DNA of 63,602 bases, filler included, from Octopus bimaculoides (lineage: Eukaryota), in the NCBI RefSeq assembly GCF_001194135.2. It is 6 parts of 5 records of this genome, joined end to end, with 100 filler letters (N's around TTAATTAATTAA, not from the genome) between each part and the next. Parts side by side here need not be neighbours in the genome. Positions count along the whole stretch, not along the records: positions 1 to 18,716 come from NC_068988.1; 5 more parts are not named here. One strand, written 5' to 3'. A program made the translations under genes and the position numbers. Of this stretch, positions 1 to 12,170 are shown in pieces; the first letter of the stretch is position 1, and each line of letters starts with the position of its first letter. A model generated the notes under the pieces. That model saw only the letters and a list, made by a program, of their open reading frames with translations, did not search any database and was not told where the DNA came from.

Positions 1-485
1 AGGAGAGCAGAAGAGAGGAGAGCAGAAGAGAGGAGAGCAGAAGAGAGGAATAGAGGAGAGCAGAAGAGAGGAGAGCAGAAGAGAGGAGAGCAGAAGAGAG
101 GAGAGCAGAAGAGTGGAGAGAAGAGCAGAAGAGAAGAGAGCAGAAGAGAGGAGAGCAGAAGAGAGGAGAGCAGAAGCGAGGAGAGCAGAAGAGAGGAAGA
201 GAGCAGAGCAGAAGAGAGGAAGAGAGGAGAGCAGAAGAGTGGAGAGAAGAGCAGAAGAGAAGAGAGCAGAAGAGAGGAGAGCAGAAGAGAGGAGAGCAGA
301 AGAGAGGAGAGCAGAAGAGAGGAGAGCAGAAGAGAGGAAGATAGGAGAGCAGANNNNNNNNNNCAGAAGAGAGGAGAGCAGAAGAGAGGAAGATAGGAGA
401 GCAGAAGGGAGGAGAGCAGAAGAGTGGAGAGAAGAGCAGAAGAGAAGAGAGCAGAAGAGAAGAGAGCAGAAGAGAGGAAGAGAGG
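1..485. repeat. 15-bp purine-rich minisatellite (AGAGGAGAGCAGAAG)n
   Basis: About 30 tandem, slightly degenerate copies of agaggagagcagaag, directly visible; runs off the window start. Confidence 0.95.
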
Positions 486-494
486 AGGCCAAAG

Positions 495-708
495 CAATTC
501 GAAGTAAATGCAAGGTAAATCACAAGAAAACAAATATATGAATTATTGTAAACATACTTTGTATTCAATATTTCGGGGTTATGACCTCATTTTCAAGAAA
601 GGTTTCTTGAGAATGGGGTCATAACACCGAAATATTGAATACAAAGTAAGTCTACATTAATTCACATAATTGTTTTCTTGTGATTTACCTTGCATTTACT
701 TCGCATTG
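495..708. repeat. Fold-back palindrome (~214 bp, 2-nt loop at 601-602)
   Basis: Left arm caattcgaagtaaatgcaaggtaaatcacaagaaaac...tcaagaaa is the reverse complement, with scattered mismatches, of right arm tttcttgag...gttttcttgtgatttaccttgcatttacttcgcattg. Confidence 0.9.
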
Positions 709-789
709 TCTTGTCTTTACCCGCGATATTTTATACAATATATTCTAAACAATGCTTCACGGTAATTATTCCACACATATGTATATATA

Positions 790-838
790 TACATATAAGA
801 GAGATGACCGCCAAGTGGAGACCACCTATGGTCTGACT
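790..838 (+). mobile_element. Solo terminus of the inverted-repeat element seen at 1261-1441
   Basis: tacatataagagagatgaccgccaagtggag matches that element's terminal repeat tacatataagag(g/t)gatgaccaccaagtggac. Confidence 0.6.
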
Positions 839-1260
839 ACGAAGAAAAGACTGTTCTCAAGAAAATTCAGCAAGCACCAGAACGTAAACGAGCAAGACAA
901 ATGAAAAGATACAGTAACCATTTATGTAATTACTTGCGTGAATGTCCGCAATTCACCAGTGCGATCGTCATAGCAATATAATTTGTCGAACTATACACGA
1001 GACGTCTGCATGAGATTGAACATGTATATCGTCCTACCAATTACATTTGAGGTTATATTTCAAAAGACTTCGTTTTGGCGCGCTAAAATATCGGAAATAA
1101 TTCTGCAGAAAATAATTCTCTGCAGTGAATTTTACCGGTTAGAGAACATGGTTAGTTAAATTTAAATAAGAAGGGTGAAACATTGAATATTAATTTGATT
1201 AATATCAATCTAAAATCAGTGGCCTAGCATATTGAAAAATCTGAAGATTCAGAAAAATTA

Positions 1261-1441
1261 TATTACATACATATAAGAGGGATGACCACCAAAAGGACAT
1301 CCATTATGTCTAGATGAAGACAACCTGAATTTCCTGAATTTTCTTCAGAGCGATTTTTTCTTAGTGGTCAGAACATAGGTAGTCTTCTTCTAGCATAATG
1401 GATGTCCACTTGGTGGTCATCACTCTTATAGGTATGTAATA
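1261..1441. mobile_element. MITE-like element with ~65-bp terminal inverted repeats
   Basis: tattacatacatataagagggatgaccacc...tagatgaagacaacc pairs with ggtagtcttcttctagcataatggatgtcc...ggtatgtaata around a ~55-bp spacer; both ends in TA context. Confidence 0.7.
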
Positions 1442-1543
1442 TCTTATAGGTAGTATTATCGCTAACTTTGGGTGGAAATGCGTAAGATACAAGTCTTAAC
1501 TCGTTAAGGGATTTCTGGGATTTCTCTGGTATTTTTTTCTTGC

Positions 1544-2600
1544 CTAAACTGCCGGTGCTGCCCAGTCTAGATGGTCAAGCTTTTTAATTATATTCCGGCT
1601 TTCCAGCATTTCTAGTTGTTTATCGACCGGGTCTACTGCCGCAAACGGCACGTTTTTTTGGGGCCTGAAAATAGGTGTTGAATTTTCTTTGATAGCAATC
1701 CTTACTTTCGTATTTGAGCAATAGTTTAAACTATCCGAAAAAACTTTTGGGTAAGTTTCTTTCAATTTTGTGTCAGTTCATCGACCTCGTTCGATAGTTT
1801 GACTGCTCCGTTTACGTTATCGCATAAAACGCTTATGGGTGTATCTCATAAATTAAATTTCTCCATACATTCGGTGCCAAATAAATTTATGGCTTTTTCA
1901 ACACATAAACACTCACTATTTTTGGTTCGACCTTTGAATATTATATCACAAACGCGTTCGCCCGTGAAATATAATTTTCTTCTCGTAACACCATACGCTA
2001 TTTGTTTGGACTATATAATTTTGGTTTAATCATTTGTTCTCATGTTTTCTCATTTATGATTGTGATATCACTTCTCGTACATAATTGCTTTCTGACACTA
2101 GTGGTTTCAATTCTCATACGAATTTTACGAATTTTCTGTTTGTTGTAGTCATAACTTTTCCTGCTGACAAACTATTTATCTTTTCTTTTTTGTCCATTTT
2201 TCTATCATTCTAGGTTTGCAGTGGATCTTACATACCATGTAAACCCACAGCTAAAACACGTTGCTTTCTTATACGGACACTTTTTTTCAGGTGCATCCCA
2301 CCACATGTCCTACATGGGTCTACATCCCGATACTTTTTCTATTTTACCCGCAACATTTCGTCTTCCCACTTTTTTGGCACTGGTCATATGTGAAAACACT
2401 CTTCCTGTTGAATTTCTTCCGTGTCATAACTTAATTTTACTATTATGTCACACTCTTCCCACAGATTCTGCAATGTCAAATCATAGTTCATTTCCAGTTT
2501 TGCTACAAATCTCGTTCGAATTTCTGGATCTCTTTTATTTGTCAATTCTTGAGCAAAAGTCAAACACTTTACAGTATCTGGTGTACCATGCATTTTAGTA
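1544..2600 (-). mobile_element. Decayed Ty3/Gypsy (K02A2.6-like) gag-protease-RT start remnant
   Basis: Minus-strand peptides in the expected order: gag-like VKCLTFAQELTNKRDPEIRTRFVAKLE (2384-2593); Cys/His knuckle relic CRTCGGMHL..CPYKKATCFSCG (~2230-2320); protease-like SDITIINEKT (~2040-2075); pol start PIFRPQKNVPFAAVDPVDKQLEMLE..IIKKLDHLDWAAP (1544-1765). Stops and frameshifts present; no LTR recognised. Confidence 0.8.
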
Positions 2601-3659
2601 CTAATTCGCTAACGCTCTAATAGATTCAAACACGCACTCATACACACACGCACTCATACACACAAGCACACAATATAGGACTTGTTCCTTCACTGTGACA
2701 AAATATTCTTAAATTGTTCACTCATTTCATTCATTAGTAAATAAGATCGTACTTAATTTTATAATTTTACTATAACAGTAAATTTAGAGAAACGGAAGTT
2801 CATCGGGACCAGTTACCTTGTCGCTATTTAATTTCATCACTTTACTTTTTGATTGCAAATCTTAACAGAAGCAATTACCGCCTTTCAGTTATAGAGCTCA
2901 TAAAATAAATGCCGGTAATAACATTGCATGTGATTCTATTGCCCGTACTCCTTCTATAATAAATTTTGTATTTTGCATCACCGTTAGAAATCGATATGAA
3001 ATGAAATTAAAGCGCTAATGTCAAATACTGCAAATCAACAATTTAAAAGATATAGCCAGAATGCAGCTTTTCCACGAACACTTGACTTGCAACAATTATC
3101 AGTTAAATTTTCTTCAGACCACCAGCAACAGTTTCAGAAAATAAAAACACAATGAAGGACACGGTCCTATTTCTACTGTATAGACGAAAAGCGATGGTCA
3201 CGAATAAAATGTTTTAGCCACCTGCAAGAGCGAAACAACATCAGCTATAATATCATTGTATGCAGCTCAATAATTTTACATTCATTGTTCAAATTCTGCC
3301 AGAAATTGCTTTGCTTTTCAGCTCTTTAGGTTATTTTTCTTGTTGTATGTGCTCAGACACGCCCTGATCAAACAATCTTATGATCGAAGGTTATCCATCA
3401 GTAGTAACCTCCGGGATTTTATTCAGATTTTATGTTTTTTGAAGTTCTTTATCAAATGAATCAATCATGTTTAAATACAATGGTGTGTTTCTACTTGCAA
3501 GTTTGATTTCAGTGTGATTTGCTTACTTTTTCTACGAAGTTACGTAGGCAGTAAGGTTCCTCAACCTCCCATCTTTATTCTCCTCCTCTTCCTCCGCTTC
3601 CTCCTACTTATTTCGTCCTCCGCCTCCTCCTACTCCTCCTCATCATCATCATTATCGTG

Positions 3660-3835
3660 ATCATGCATCGCCTTGCCTCCATATGTCATGGGTTGGCAAA
3701 ATTTGAGGAGTCCAAGGATTGCATCCCGCAACAATGTCTAGTTTGGAATGGTTTCTAGAGCTAGATAAGCTTCCAAATGCCAACCAACTTACAGAGTGGA
3801 TTTCGTGCTCTATAAGCGGTACAGCACCAGTAGTG
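3660..3835 (-). mobile_element. Diverged SINE-like fragment (family E)
   Basis: atgggttggc...ggaatggtttctagagctagataagcttccaaatgccaaccaac resembles the reverse complement of a common invertebrate SINE core (ggttggcg..aggaagggcatccagc.gtagaaacc). Recognition only. Confidence 0.4.
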
Positions 3836-4632
3836 ATTTTCTCATAACTTGCTATGATATGGGCCTTATGTGGCTTCTATAATTCAGGGACAGCAGAAAC
3901 GAGTGTGCGTGGTGATTCTAGTACATTGTTTTAAAAGTTGATATTTAAGTAGGAATCAAAGATTAATAAATTTGTTCAGATTTATCCTTCTCCCACCTAG
4001 TAGCCATATAAAATGTCTCACATATCCAGTTGGTGATGCCACGTAGATATTGTGTGAAGCTAAAATATGGAAATTTATGAAATAATGAAATATGATTTAA
4101 TTTTATTCTTCAAACCATTTTATTCTTCCAAGACATTTCATCGATATTGCTAATATAACACAAGTGCAACTGTTCCAGCTCAACCGTTTTAATAGCACCA
4201 TACCCAACACAGCCAATGGTTACACGATTGGTGATGTCAGTTTCTTGTTTTAAGGTGATCTGACTTTAAAATTCTCATCAAACTTTCATATTCATTTATA
4301 ATGCAGACACTGATTAAATAGTGAGTTATTTCACAAAATGCTTTATTATTTTCAAAATTAATTGAAACAAAGGCAATGTATTTCAACAGACATCATGAAA
4401 CACTCTCTAAAAACCTTTGAATTCCACATGAAATTAGAAATTTAAGATGTATATTAAATGTGGATTTACTGCAATTCCTCCTAGTTTCAATATTTCGGTG
4501 AGTGAGACAAATCTAGTCTCCAAGCATATTTTACTGTCACCGTCTTATCGTCACCTCAAGACTGATACACACTTCACCGCACTTATCAAAATATAAATAT
4601 CATTATGCAAATGTAATGTCTTAGATTCCTAT

Positions 4633-4830
4633 AAAGCGGAGAGCTGTCAAAATCAGAAGAACATTTCTTCCGTCTTTATGTTGTGATTCCAAATACCAAT
4701 TTAGCCGAAGTCAACAACGTGTTTCATCTTTTCGGATAAAATAAGCACCAGTTGAGCACTGAGGTCAATGTAATGGAATTACACCCCCTCCCGAAGTTGC
4801 TGGCATTGTGCCAAAATTTGAAAGCAATAT
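4633..4830 (+). mobile_element. Diverged tRNA-derived SINE, family A
   Basis: Head aaagcggagagctgtcaaaatc, core tttcatcttttcggataaaataagcaccagttgagcactgaggtcaatgtaat and tail gtgccaaaatttgaaagc match the other family A copies in the window. Confidence 0.7.
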
Positions 4831-5194
4831 TTTACATTGATTGGTATCGAATAAAAATATAGAGCTGTTAACCGATATACGTGACGTTTTTTGTCATTTG
4901 CAATTTCTTTATTATGGTATAATTTATACAATTTGCTTAATTACATTTATCTTAATTACGTTAAATTCAAACAGCATTAGAATCCCGCAAGTATAGATAT
5001 ATAATTGCCAACCAATATTCGTTTTCATGTTAATTGTTTATTTGTTTTGTTTTGTTTTTAATTTTTGTTGATTATGTGTGAGCATTTATATTTATTAAAT
5101 AAAATACATACGACTTTCAAGTAAATTACTTTCTCGAAGAATTCAGGATGAAAAATTACCTGAACTTTAACTGAATTCAGCTTGCATCTCTAGT

Positions 5195-5312
5195 ATGCGC
5201 GTGTGAGCGCACGTGTATGTGTACACATGTGCATGAGCACGTATGTGTGTGCATATTTGTGTGCATGCATGGATTTTCGTACCTATATGTAATGTATGAT
5301 CATATATAGACA

Positions 5313-5346
<34 letters not shown>

Positions 5347-5829
5347 NNNNNNNNNNNNNNNNNNNNNNNNNNNNNNNNNNNNNNNNNNNNNNNNNNNNNN
5401 NNNNNNNNNNNNNNNNNNNNNNNNNNNNNNNNNNNNNNNNNNNNNNNNNNNNNNNNNNNNNNNNNNNNNNNNNNNNNNNNNNNNNNNNNNNNNNNNNNNN
5501 NNNNNNNNNNNNNNNNNNNNNNNNNNNNNNNNNNNNNNNNNNNNNNNNNNNNNNNNNNNNNNNNNNNNNNNNNNNNNNNNNNNNNNNNNNNNNNNNNNNN
5601 NNNNNNNNNNNNNNNNNNNNNNNNNNNNNNNNNNNNNNNNNNNNNNNNNNNNNNNNNNNNNNNNNNNNNNNNNNNNNNNNNNNNNNNTATATATATATAT
5701 ATATATACGTATGTATATATATATAAATATAAACATATATATATACATATATACAAGCATACATACATACATAAATACCTACATGCATATATACATACAT
5801 ACATGCATATATATATATATGTATGTGTG

Positions 5830-5880
<51 letters not shown>
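5195..5880. repeat. (TG)n/(TA)n/(TACA)n compound microsatellite spanning an N gap
   Basis: Directly visible. Confidence 0.95.
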
Positions 5881-5881
<1 letters not shown>

Positions 5882-7439
5882 TTTGTCTAAAAAACTTTTG
5901 AAGTAAGCAAACTAGATTAGTGCCTGTAGTTAACCTATTTACGCACATTTTTTTTTTAAGCGATTACCTTTTGATATGTTTTCTTTTAAATTCTAAATTA
6001 CTTTTATGCTACACGAGATTAAAAACGATAATTCTTTTTTATTATTCTTTTTAGTCATCTTAATTATTCCATCTGGGTAAAAACATTTGCGATATGTGAG
6101 CAACATCATCAAATCCGAAACGAAAAATAAAAACAATTTCTAAATTTTAAAAGTAGAGTAATCTGAAATCGTCTTGCTTCGAGCTTACTAACGCAAATTA
6201 AGACATTTTGACTAAAGAAGATGATAAGGCTTTCGGCTCTCGTTACATTCCACTATTCCTGCATGTATTGATCAGAATATAATTCACCGAGGTCTAGTAA
6301 CACGAATACTGTTTATTGCTTTTAACGGCTACTTTTAAAGATCAGACTCACTTCAATCTACATTATGTGTATTGTCGAAAAATATATTGCTGCTGGTCTT
6401 ATTTGAGTTACTTTCTATAAAGTAAACCTCTTTGAAATAAAATATGTTAAATTAATCATCCCTGATCTGAGTTCTAGCAGCTGTTGTTTCTTCTTACAAA
6501 ACATATATGGTCATGGTGTTTCGTTTCCGATCAACATATTTTAATAAATATATGAATAATTTCTTTTGTTGTCCATGATAAAATTCTCAAATCATGATCT
6601 TCCTTTGTTTCTTACTATAAATTTACTCGTGAATGTGTGTGTGATGTTAGAGGTACACGCATGTAAAGAGGAAGAGGTAAATGGAATGTTATGACACTCT
6701 CTTATGATACTGTATTAGGATCCAGATTAACTATCAAATGGTGAAGTATAATGACTAATACAAGTGACTTAAAACACTTCGAAAACAGTGTTTCACTTTA
6801 AACATTTTTCCTCACACTGCACCCTTTGTTTTTCTGTCTTCTATCAATGACCTATTATGAACATTTCCCCTTTCTCTCTGCACCCCTTTCAATCTACTTT
6901 CCTCCTTTAACTCACTACCCACTCCACATACACAAATAGTTTAACACTTCTACCGCTGACCTACCATCCGTAAACTAGAAAAAAAATTATACTTCTCACG
7001 TCTGTCAGTAATATAAATTGTCACATATTTTCTGAAATATATTTACATATTTTCCTCACTATTAACCCATCATACATATTCTCAAAACTACATCAAACCT
7101 CAGGAAGGTGACCAGACATAAAATCCCAGTATTCATTGTCTTTTCCATGCAGCTATGCAAGCCTATTGGAACACACACTGCTATTTTTGCAGGCTACCAC
7201 TGGTTTCCTTCGACACTTATATTTTACTTGTAATTACCACACCAGCTCGTTATTTAAATGTTAGAGCTGTCGTCTGAAATTTCGTCACTAGGAAACCTAC
7301 AGCTTTTACAGCAGGTAATAATTCATTTGCACAATCAGAAACCGAAAGAACGAAGAAGAATGAAATTGAATCGTCTCCAACGAAATTAGATTTATATCAT
7401 ACGATCATACTAAAATGCGAAGGATGGTAATAGAATTTG

Positions 7440-7640
7440 ACACCACGGTGAGAAATTAATTAAACCAAAAAGACGATGGTGGTTGGGACATCTCTTTAAG
7501 CTATAGAAACATCTGATAGAAAGTCGCCAGCCGTGATTGCAGATTTGACAACTCAGGAGAACTGAATCGCGGACGTAGCTAGAATATGTGAACCACACTA
7601 ACGTACTGGCTTGTGTTTGGAATGCTGCAGTGAATATCTG
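7440..7640 (+). mobile_element. Possible RTE-clade LINE 3' relic
   Basis: Reads IKPKRRWWLGHLF (7459-7497), like the RWxGH motif near RTE C-termini; otherwise broken by stops. Confidence 0.3.
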
Positions 7641-7644
7641 GTTA

Positions 7645-7783
7645 TATACGTATGTGTGTGTGTGTGAATATATANNNNNNNNNNNNNNNNNNNNNNNNNN
7701 NNNNNNNNNNNNNNNNNNNNNNNNNNNNNNNNNNNNNNNNNNNNNNNNNNNNNNNNNNNNNNNNNNNNNNNNNNNNNNNNNNN

Positions 7784-7828
<45 letters not shown>

Positions 7829-7890
7829 TGTGTGTGTGTGTGTGTAGGAACATATATATATGTATGTAAACATACACACACACATATATG
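7645..7890. repeat. (TG)n/(TA)n microsatellite with gap
   Basis: Directly visible. Confidence 0.95.
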
Positions 7891-8064
7891 CATGAGAAAA
7901 AGGGAAAGAAATGACTAAATGGTTAATGAGTTCGGTTTCAAATAAAGAAGTTTCAGGCTCGATTTCGCACCATGGTATTTTGGACATCCAGTGAAAATGA
8001 AATGTCGGAATCACATAAGTGATATTTCCGATTTGAAGTGCTCGTATGCTGCTCAAAAACATTT

Positions 8065-8225
8065 GTGCATACGTGGCTATATGGTTCAGAAGTTCGCTTC
8101 ATCCCCTAGTGGCCCTCATCTCAATATCTCTAAACGGCTAGTTGGCCAATTGTCTTGTGCTAAAGCACTGGATCAATCAAAGTCTTGTGATAGGATTCAG
8201 TTGACAGAAATAGAAGAAAATCGAT
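8065..8225 (+). mobile_element. Diverged SINE, family B (5' part)
   Basis: gtggctatatggttcagaagttcgcttc...caaagtcttgtgataggattcagttgacagaaatagaagaaa aligns with family B copies at 36250, 53216 and 60616, and is followed by the same (TA)n/(CA)n tract. Confidence 0.5.
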
Positions 8226-8253
8226 ATAGATACACACATATGTGTACATATAC

Positions 8254-8343
<90 letters not shown>

Positions 8344-8655
8344 CAAGAAAGAGAGAAAGAGGGAGAGAGAGAGAGAGAGAGAGAGGTATAGATATAGATA
8401 TATGCATACATGTGTGTATCTGTGTGTATAAATCTGTATTTGCCTTGTGCACTCGCACACACACACAGTGGTTACACCTTCTCCAACTAGAACTTTTGAT
8501 GTTAAGAAAGCCTTGATGACTCAAACGCTTGTTTTATCTTCTGCTCTTCTCTCACTAATCAGTAAGTTATGAGATATATTTTTATATACACGTATATAGA
8601 TATGTACACGTGTATAATTTATAAATATGTATATATCTATATGTATAATTTAGAA

Positions 8656-8703
<48 letters not shown>

Positions 8704-8718
8704 NNNNNNNNNNNNNNN

Positions 8719-8758
<40 letters not shown>

Positions 8759-8777
8759 ACAAAGTAGTCAAAATGTT

Positions 8778-8812
<35 letters not shown>

Positions 8813-9084
8813 CATATTTTTATTTTCATTTTGGGCGCTTTTTGGATTTATCAAAAAATACAAAATATTTTTGATAAATCCGATAACGGAAGAAAGTGCT
8901 AAAATATCTGTACATCAATTCAAAAACTATACACGCACACACAACTATATATATATATACAGACACACACACATTTGTGTCAGTCTCCATGGTAACAGAT
9001 GTACAAGAGCATGCGCTTGTACATGTGTAATGTGTCTGTATATATGTGTGTGTGTGTTCATGTATGTGTGTGCAATTGTGTAAG

Positions 9085-9125
<41 letters not shown>

Positions 9126-9155
9126 NNNNNNNNNNGAGAGAGAGAGAGAGGTGAC

Positions 9156-9224
<69 letters not shown>

Positions 9225-9226
9225 CA
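8226..9226. repeat. Cluster of (TA)n, (GA)n, (TTA)n, (TG)n and (GATA)n microsatellites
   Basis: Directly visible, with short N gaps. Confidence 0.95.
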
Positions 9227-9299
9227 GGTCACAAGTTAAATTTTAACCTACAAGTTTTGAAAGTTGCTTCAGTAGAAAAAAAAAGTTCCTTCCAGTAAA

Positions 9300-9760
9300 A
9301 TATTTGAAGTCAAAAACGGGAGAGAAACGCTTGAAATCGACTTTGAGTCCAAATATTGTTTTTAAAAAAAGAAATCTAGATTTTATTTTAGCTTATATGA
9401 TAAATCTCGGTGAGAAGAATCTATTGATGTTACTTATAAGCAAAAATATTCAGTAGGAAAAAGTAAAGGTAAAAACTGCCGAAAAAATAAAAAGGAGATT
9501 AACGCCTGCAATCGACTTTTACTCCAAATATTATTCTTATTTCCAAAGAAAATTATATTAAAATTCAACTTTTCTGATAGATCTCCACTAGAGGAATCAG
9601 ATGATGCCAATTAATTCAAAAAAATTGTTTAATGAAAATCTAGTAGGGCCAAATATGCCGAAAAATGTGGTAACGCCTAAAATCAAGTACAAAACCTAAA
9701 CATTCTCTTTCTTATCTCGTATGATAGAACTCATCAAGACGAGTGTCGTGGTGCTAATCC
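9300..9760 (+). repeat. Three diverged ~150-175 bp tandem units
   Basis: Motif aacgc(t/c)t..aatc..ctt...tccaaatatt at ~9326, 9501, 9672 and motif tgata.atctc....aga.gaatc at 9398, 9575, 9722. Confidence 0.6.
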
Positions 9761-10909
9761 CTTCAAAAGATATCATTCATACACGGTAGTGTGTGAAAAA
9801 TGTTTTTTAGGTCAACATTTACTCACTCCTGACCACTTGTTTTAATGAAATATAGTAAATTTTTAAAATGTTATTCTCAGCTAAAATATTTTAAGTACGG
9901 TGTAGAATTTTAATTTTACGTACCTGTTAGTTTTCTTTAGAGTTGATGAATGAGGCAAATGCGTATATGTATATGTATATATGAGTATACGTGTGTCTAT
10001 ATATGTCAAAGTACTAAACTTGCAAAAGTGTAATGGACATGAGATGACAAAACAGATGTAATATCTGCATAAACACCCCTCCCTTCCTATCACTACCTGT
10101 CAATCTATCTCATACATACTGGCATGTAAATTCATTCCAGTTGTATCTATCTGTCTATGTGTATATGTGCGGTTGTGGTTGTCTGTGTACACACACGCAT
10201 GTGCCCGTCTGTCTCAGTACGTGTGGTTTTTTACGTGTCTGTTTTTTACGTGTGTTTTTTTTTTTCGTTCGGGCGTATAAAAATACATATTTCCACAACT
10301 ACATCTTGCTACTTTCTAGGCATACATTTTTCTGTTATCCATCTGTATTGACTTTTCTCATTGTTGATGCCGTTCTTTATATATGCACAAATGTAATTAC
10401 TTCCCAAATAAATTGCACATCATATTCGAAGCTCCGATGACGACATAAGCTGTTATTCCGACATTCCACTATGTACCCGCGGCATCTTATGCCAGAAACG
10501 GCTGCAATGAAGCTGTCATATCTCTTTCTGCAATGTGTGTGTGTATGTGTGTGTGCGCGCGTGTGTGAGTATGTGTGTGTGTTATATGATACCACACGTA
10601 ACATAACTAGTGTTTCGATTGAAAAGAATCTAAATTATGATGTATACAAGTGATTGCTCTCTTTGAATGGCGAAGTTTGATATACAGAATTGATCCCATT
10701 CTCAGAACCATCATTTGTGGAAAAATGTAAAACAGCTTTGGCAGAAACCAAAACCTGATTTACTTAGCAATTTCCCATCAACTTAACTATGAACATTTAC
10801 GAAATATTGCTGCATTGTTTTTAGGTAGAGTTTTCCTACAGGATAAAATTCCATTTTAGTTTCAATAAATTCGTTTCTTAATGTTACTTGCAAGACGTCA
10901 CAATCTCTG

Positions 10910-10960
<51 letters not shown>

Positions 10961-11006
10961 NNNNNNNNNNNNNNNNNNNNNNNNNNNNNNNNNNNNNNNN
11001 NNNNNN

Positions 11007-11058
<52 letters not shown>
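10910..11058. repeat. (CT)n microsatellite with gap
   Basis: Directly visible. Confidence 0.95.
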
Positions 11059-11061
<3 letters not shown>

Positions 11062-11534
11062 CTGGACACAATGATTGAATGCTAATTCTTCTCTCTTAAT
11101 TTTTGTATCTAATTGGAATATTGCTTGTCATATAACAATTATTGTTGGGAAAAGATGTTCGTTCTATTTTTACTTCTATAATCAATTGATATGTAAACAA
11201 CATTATAGTTGTTGCTAACATATATGTTGCAGATATCGAAATGAATATTTGTTTTATTTCATTTAGTTTTGATTAAATAAACAATTCTCTCTTTTATTCT
11301 TATGATTTGTTCTATTTTCTGCAGTACTTTTTGACCTTCAATTTTGAGATGAATCATATTACAATGATGTAACAACATAATATTTTTGATATTTCGCCAC
11401 AGAAGCAAAAGTATATTCCCTGCATCTCTTCTCATAAGACGTGAGACACACTAGAATTTAGATATTTTTCGAACTAGAGTTAAAATATAGAACGAATTTT
11501 GTGTCTATTAGAAGCAAATAAGGAAAACTCTTTG

Positions 11535-12170
11535 ATTGGTGAACCAAGTAAAATAGCAGCCAAATTTCCTTCAAACGGTATCCTACGATAGAAAGATGAA
11601 TGAGTGAAAATGTTGAATAAGTATTATATCACATGATGAGATTACTCTGACCTATAGACGTACTCGCTGAGAGTTTAAGTGCGGCTAAACTCCCACTTTT
11701 ACTCTTTTGTTCGTGTATGTTTTGTCTTTAATTATCAGTGGTATTATTTATTGGTGTCCTTTTTGTTGTCTGGCGGCGTATGAAATTCGGTGGAGCAAAC
11801 CTGCGACAAGGGCACTCTAATCCTGAGCACTTCACCTTTTTCTTATGTGAGAAACATCTTCTAACGCACTCTTCCAGTTTGAAGATTTAAAGAGATTTGA
11901 GGTAAATTTAGTTATTATTTTAGCAAGTGGAATAATGCCGTAGAGGCCAATTGCAAATGCATTGTTGGTTTTGCTATTATTGCTAAGTCTTGGTTTAGTT
12001 ATAATTGAGACTTATTATAAAATTCGTTTAACCTGTAACCATCCCGTTTTAAATTTTAGCTATAAGCATCGACACAATAATATTATATACCCTTCCATTT
12101 TTTAAGGCCGTAAGATGCGATTGAAATGATTCGACTGATGCTTCTAGCGAGCTGATCATCTAACTTGGAA
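11535..12170. repeat. Three fragments of an interspersed repeat (family F, core AAATAGCAGCCAAATCTCCCTCAAA)
   Basis: Core at 11551-11575 (+), 11896-11925 (-) and 12120-12150 (-); also at 15361-15392 and 63312-63340. Confidence 0.5.

Noticed and set aside
113-541. 142-aa ERRAE-repeat ORF resembling a charged coiled-coil protein
   Set aside because: It is the translation of the 15-bp minisatellite; a unit length divisible by three keeps the frame open.
5167-9232. Many YI/HT/CV/RE-repeat ORFs, here and at 16, 20, 36, 47, 52 and 62 kb
   Set aside because: Translations of dinucleotide microsatellites and of N runs, which contain no stops.
10640-10760. Possible minus-strand terminal exon VLVSAKAVLHFSTNDG...HLYTS*
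   Set aside because: The acceptor lacks a pyrimidine tract and the peptide is not recognisable; a 39-codon open frame is expected by chance.
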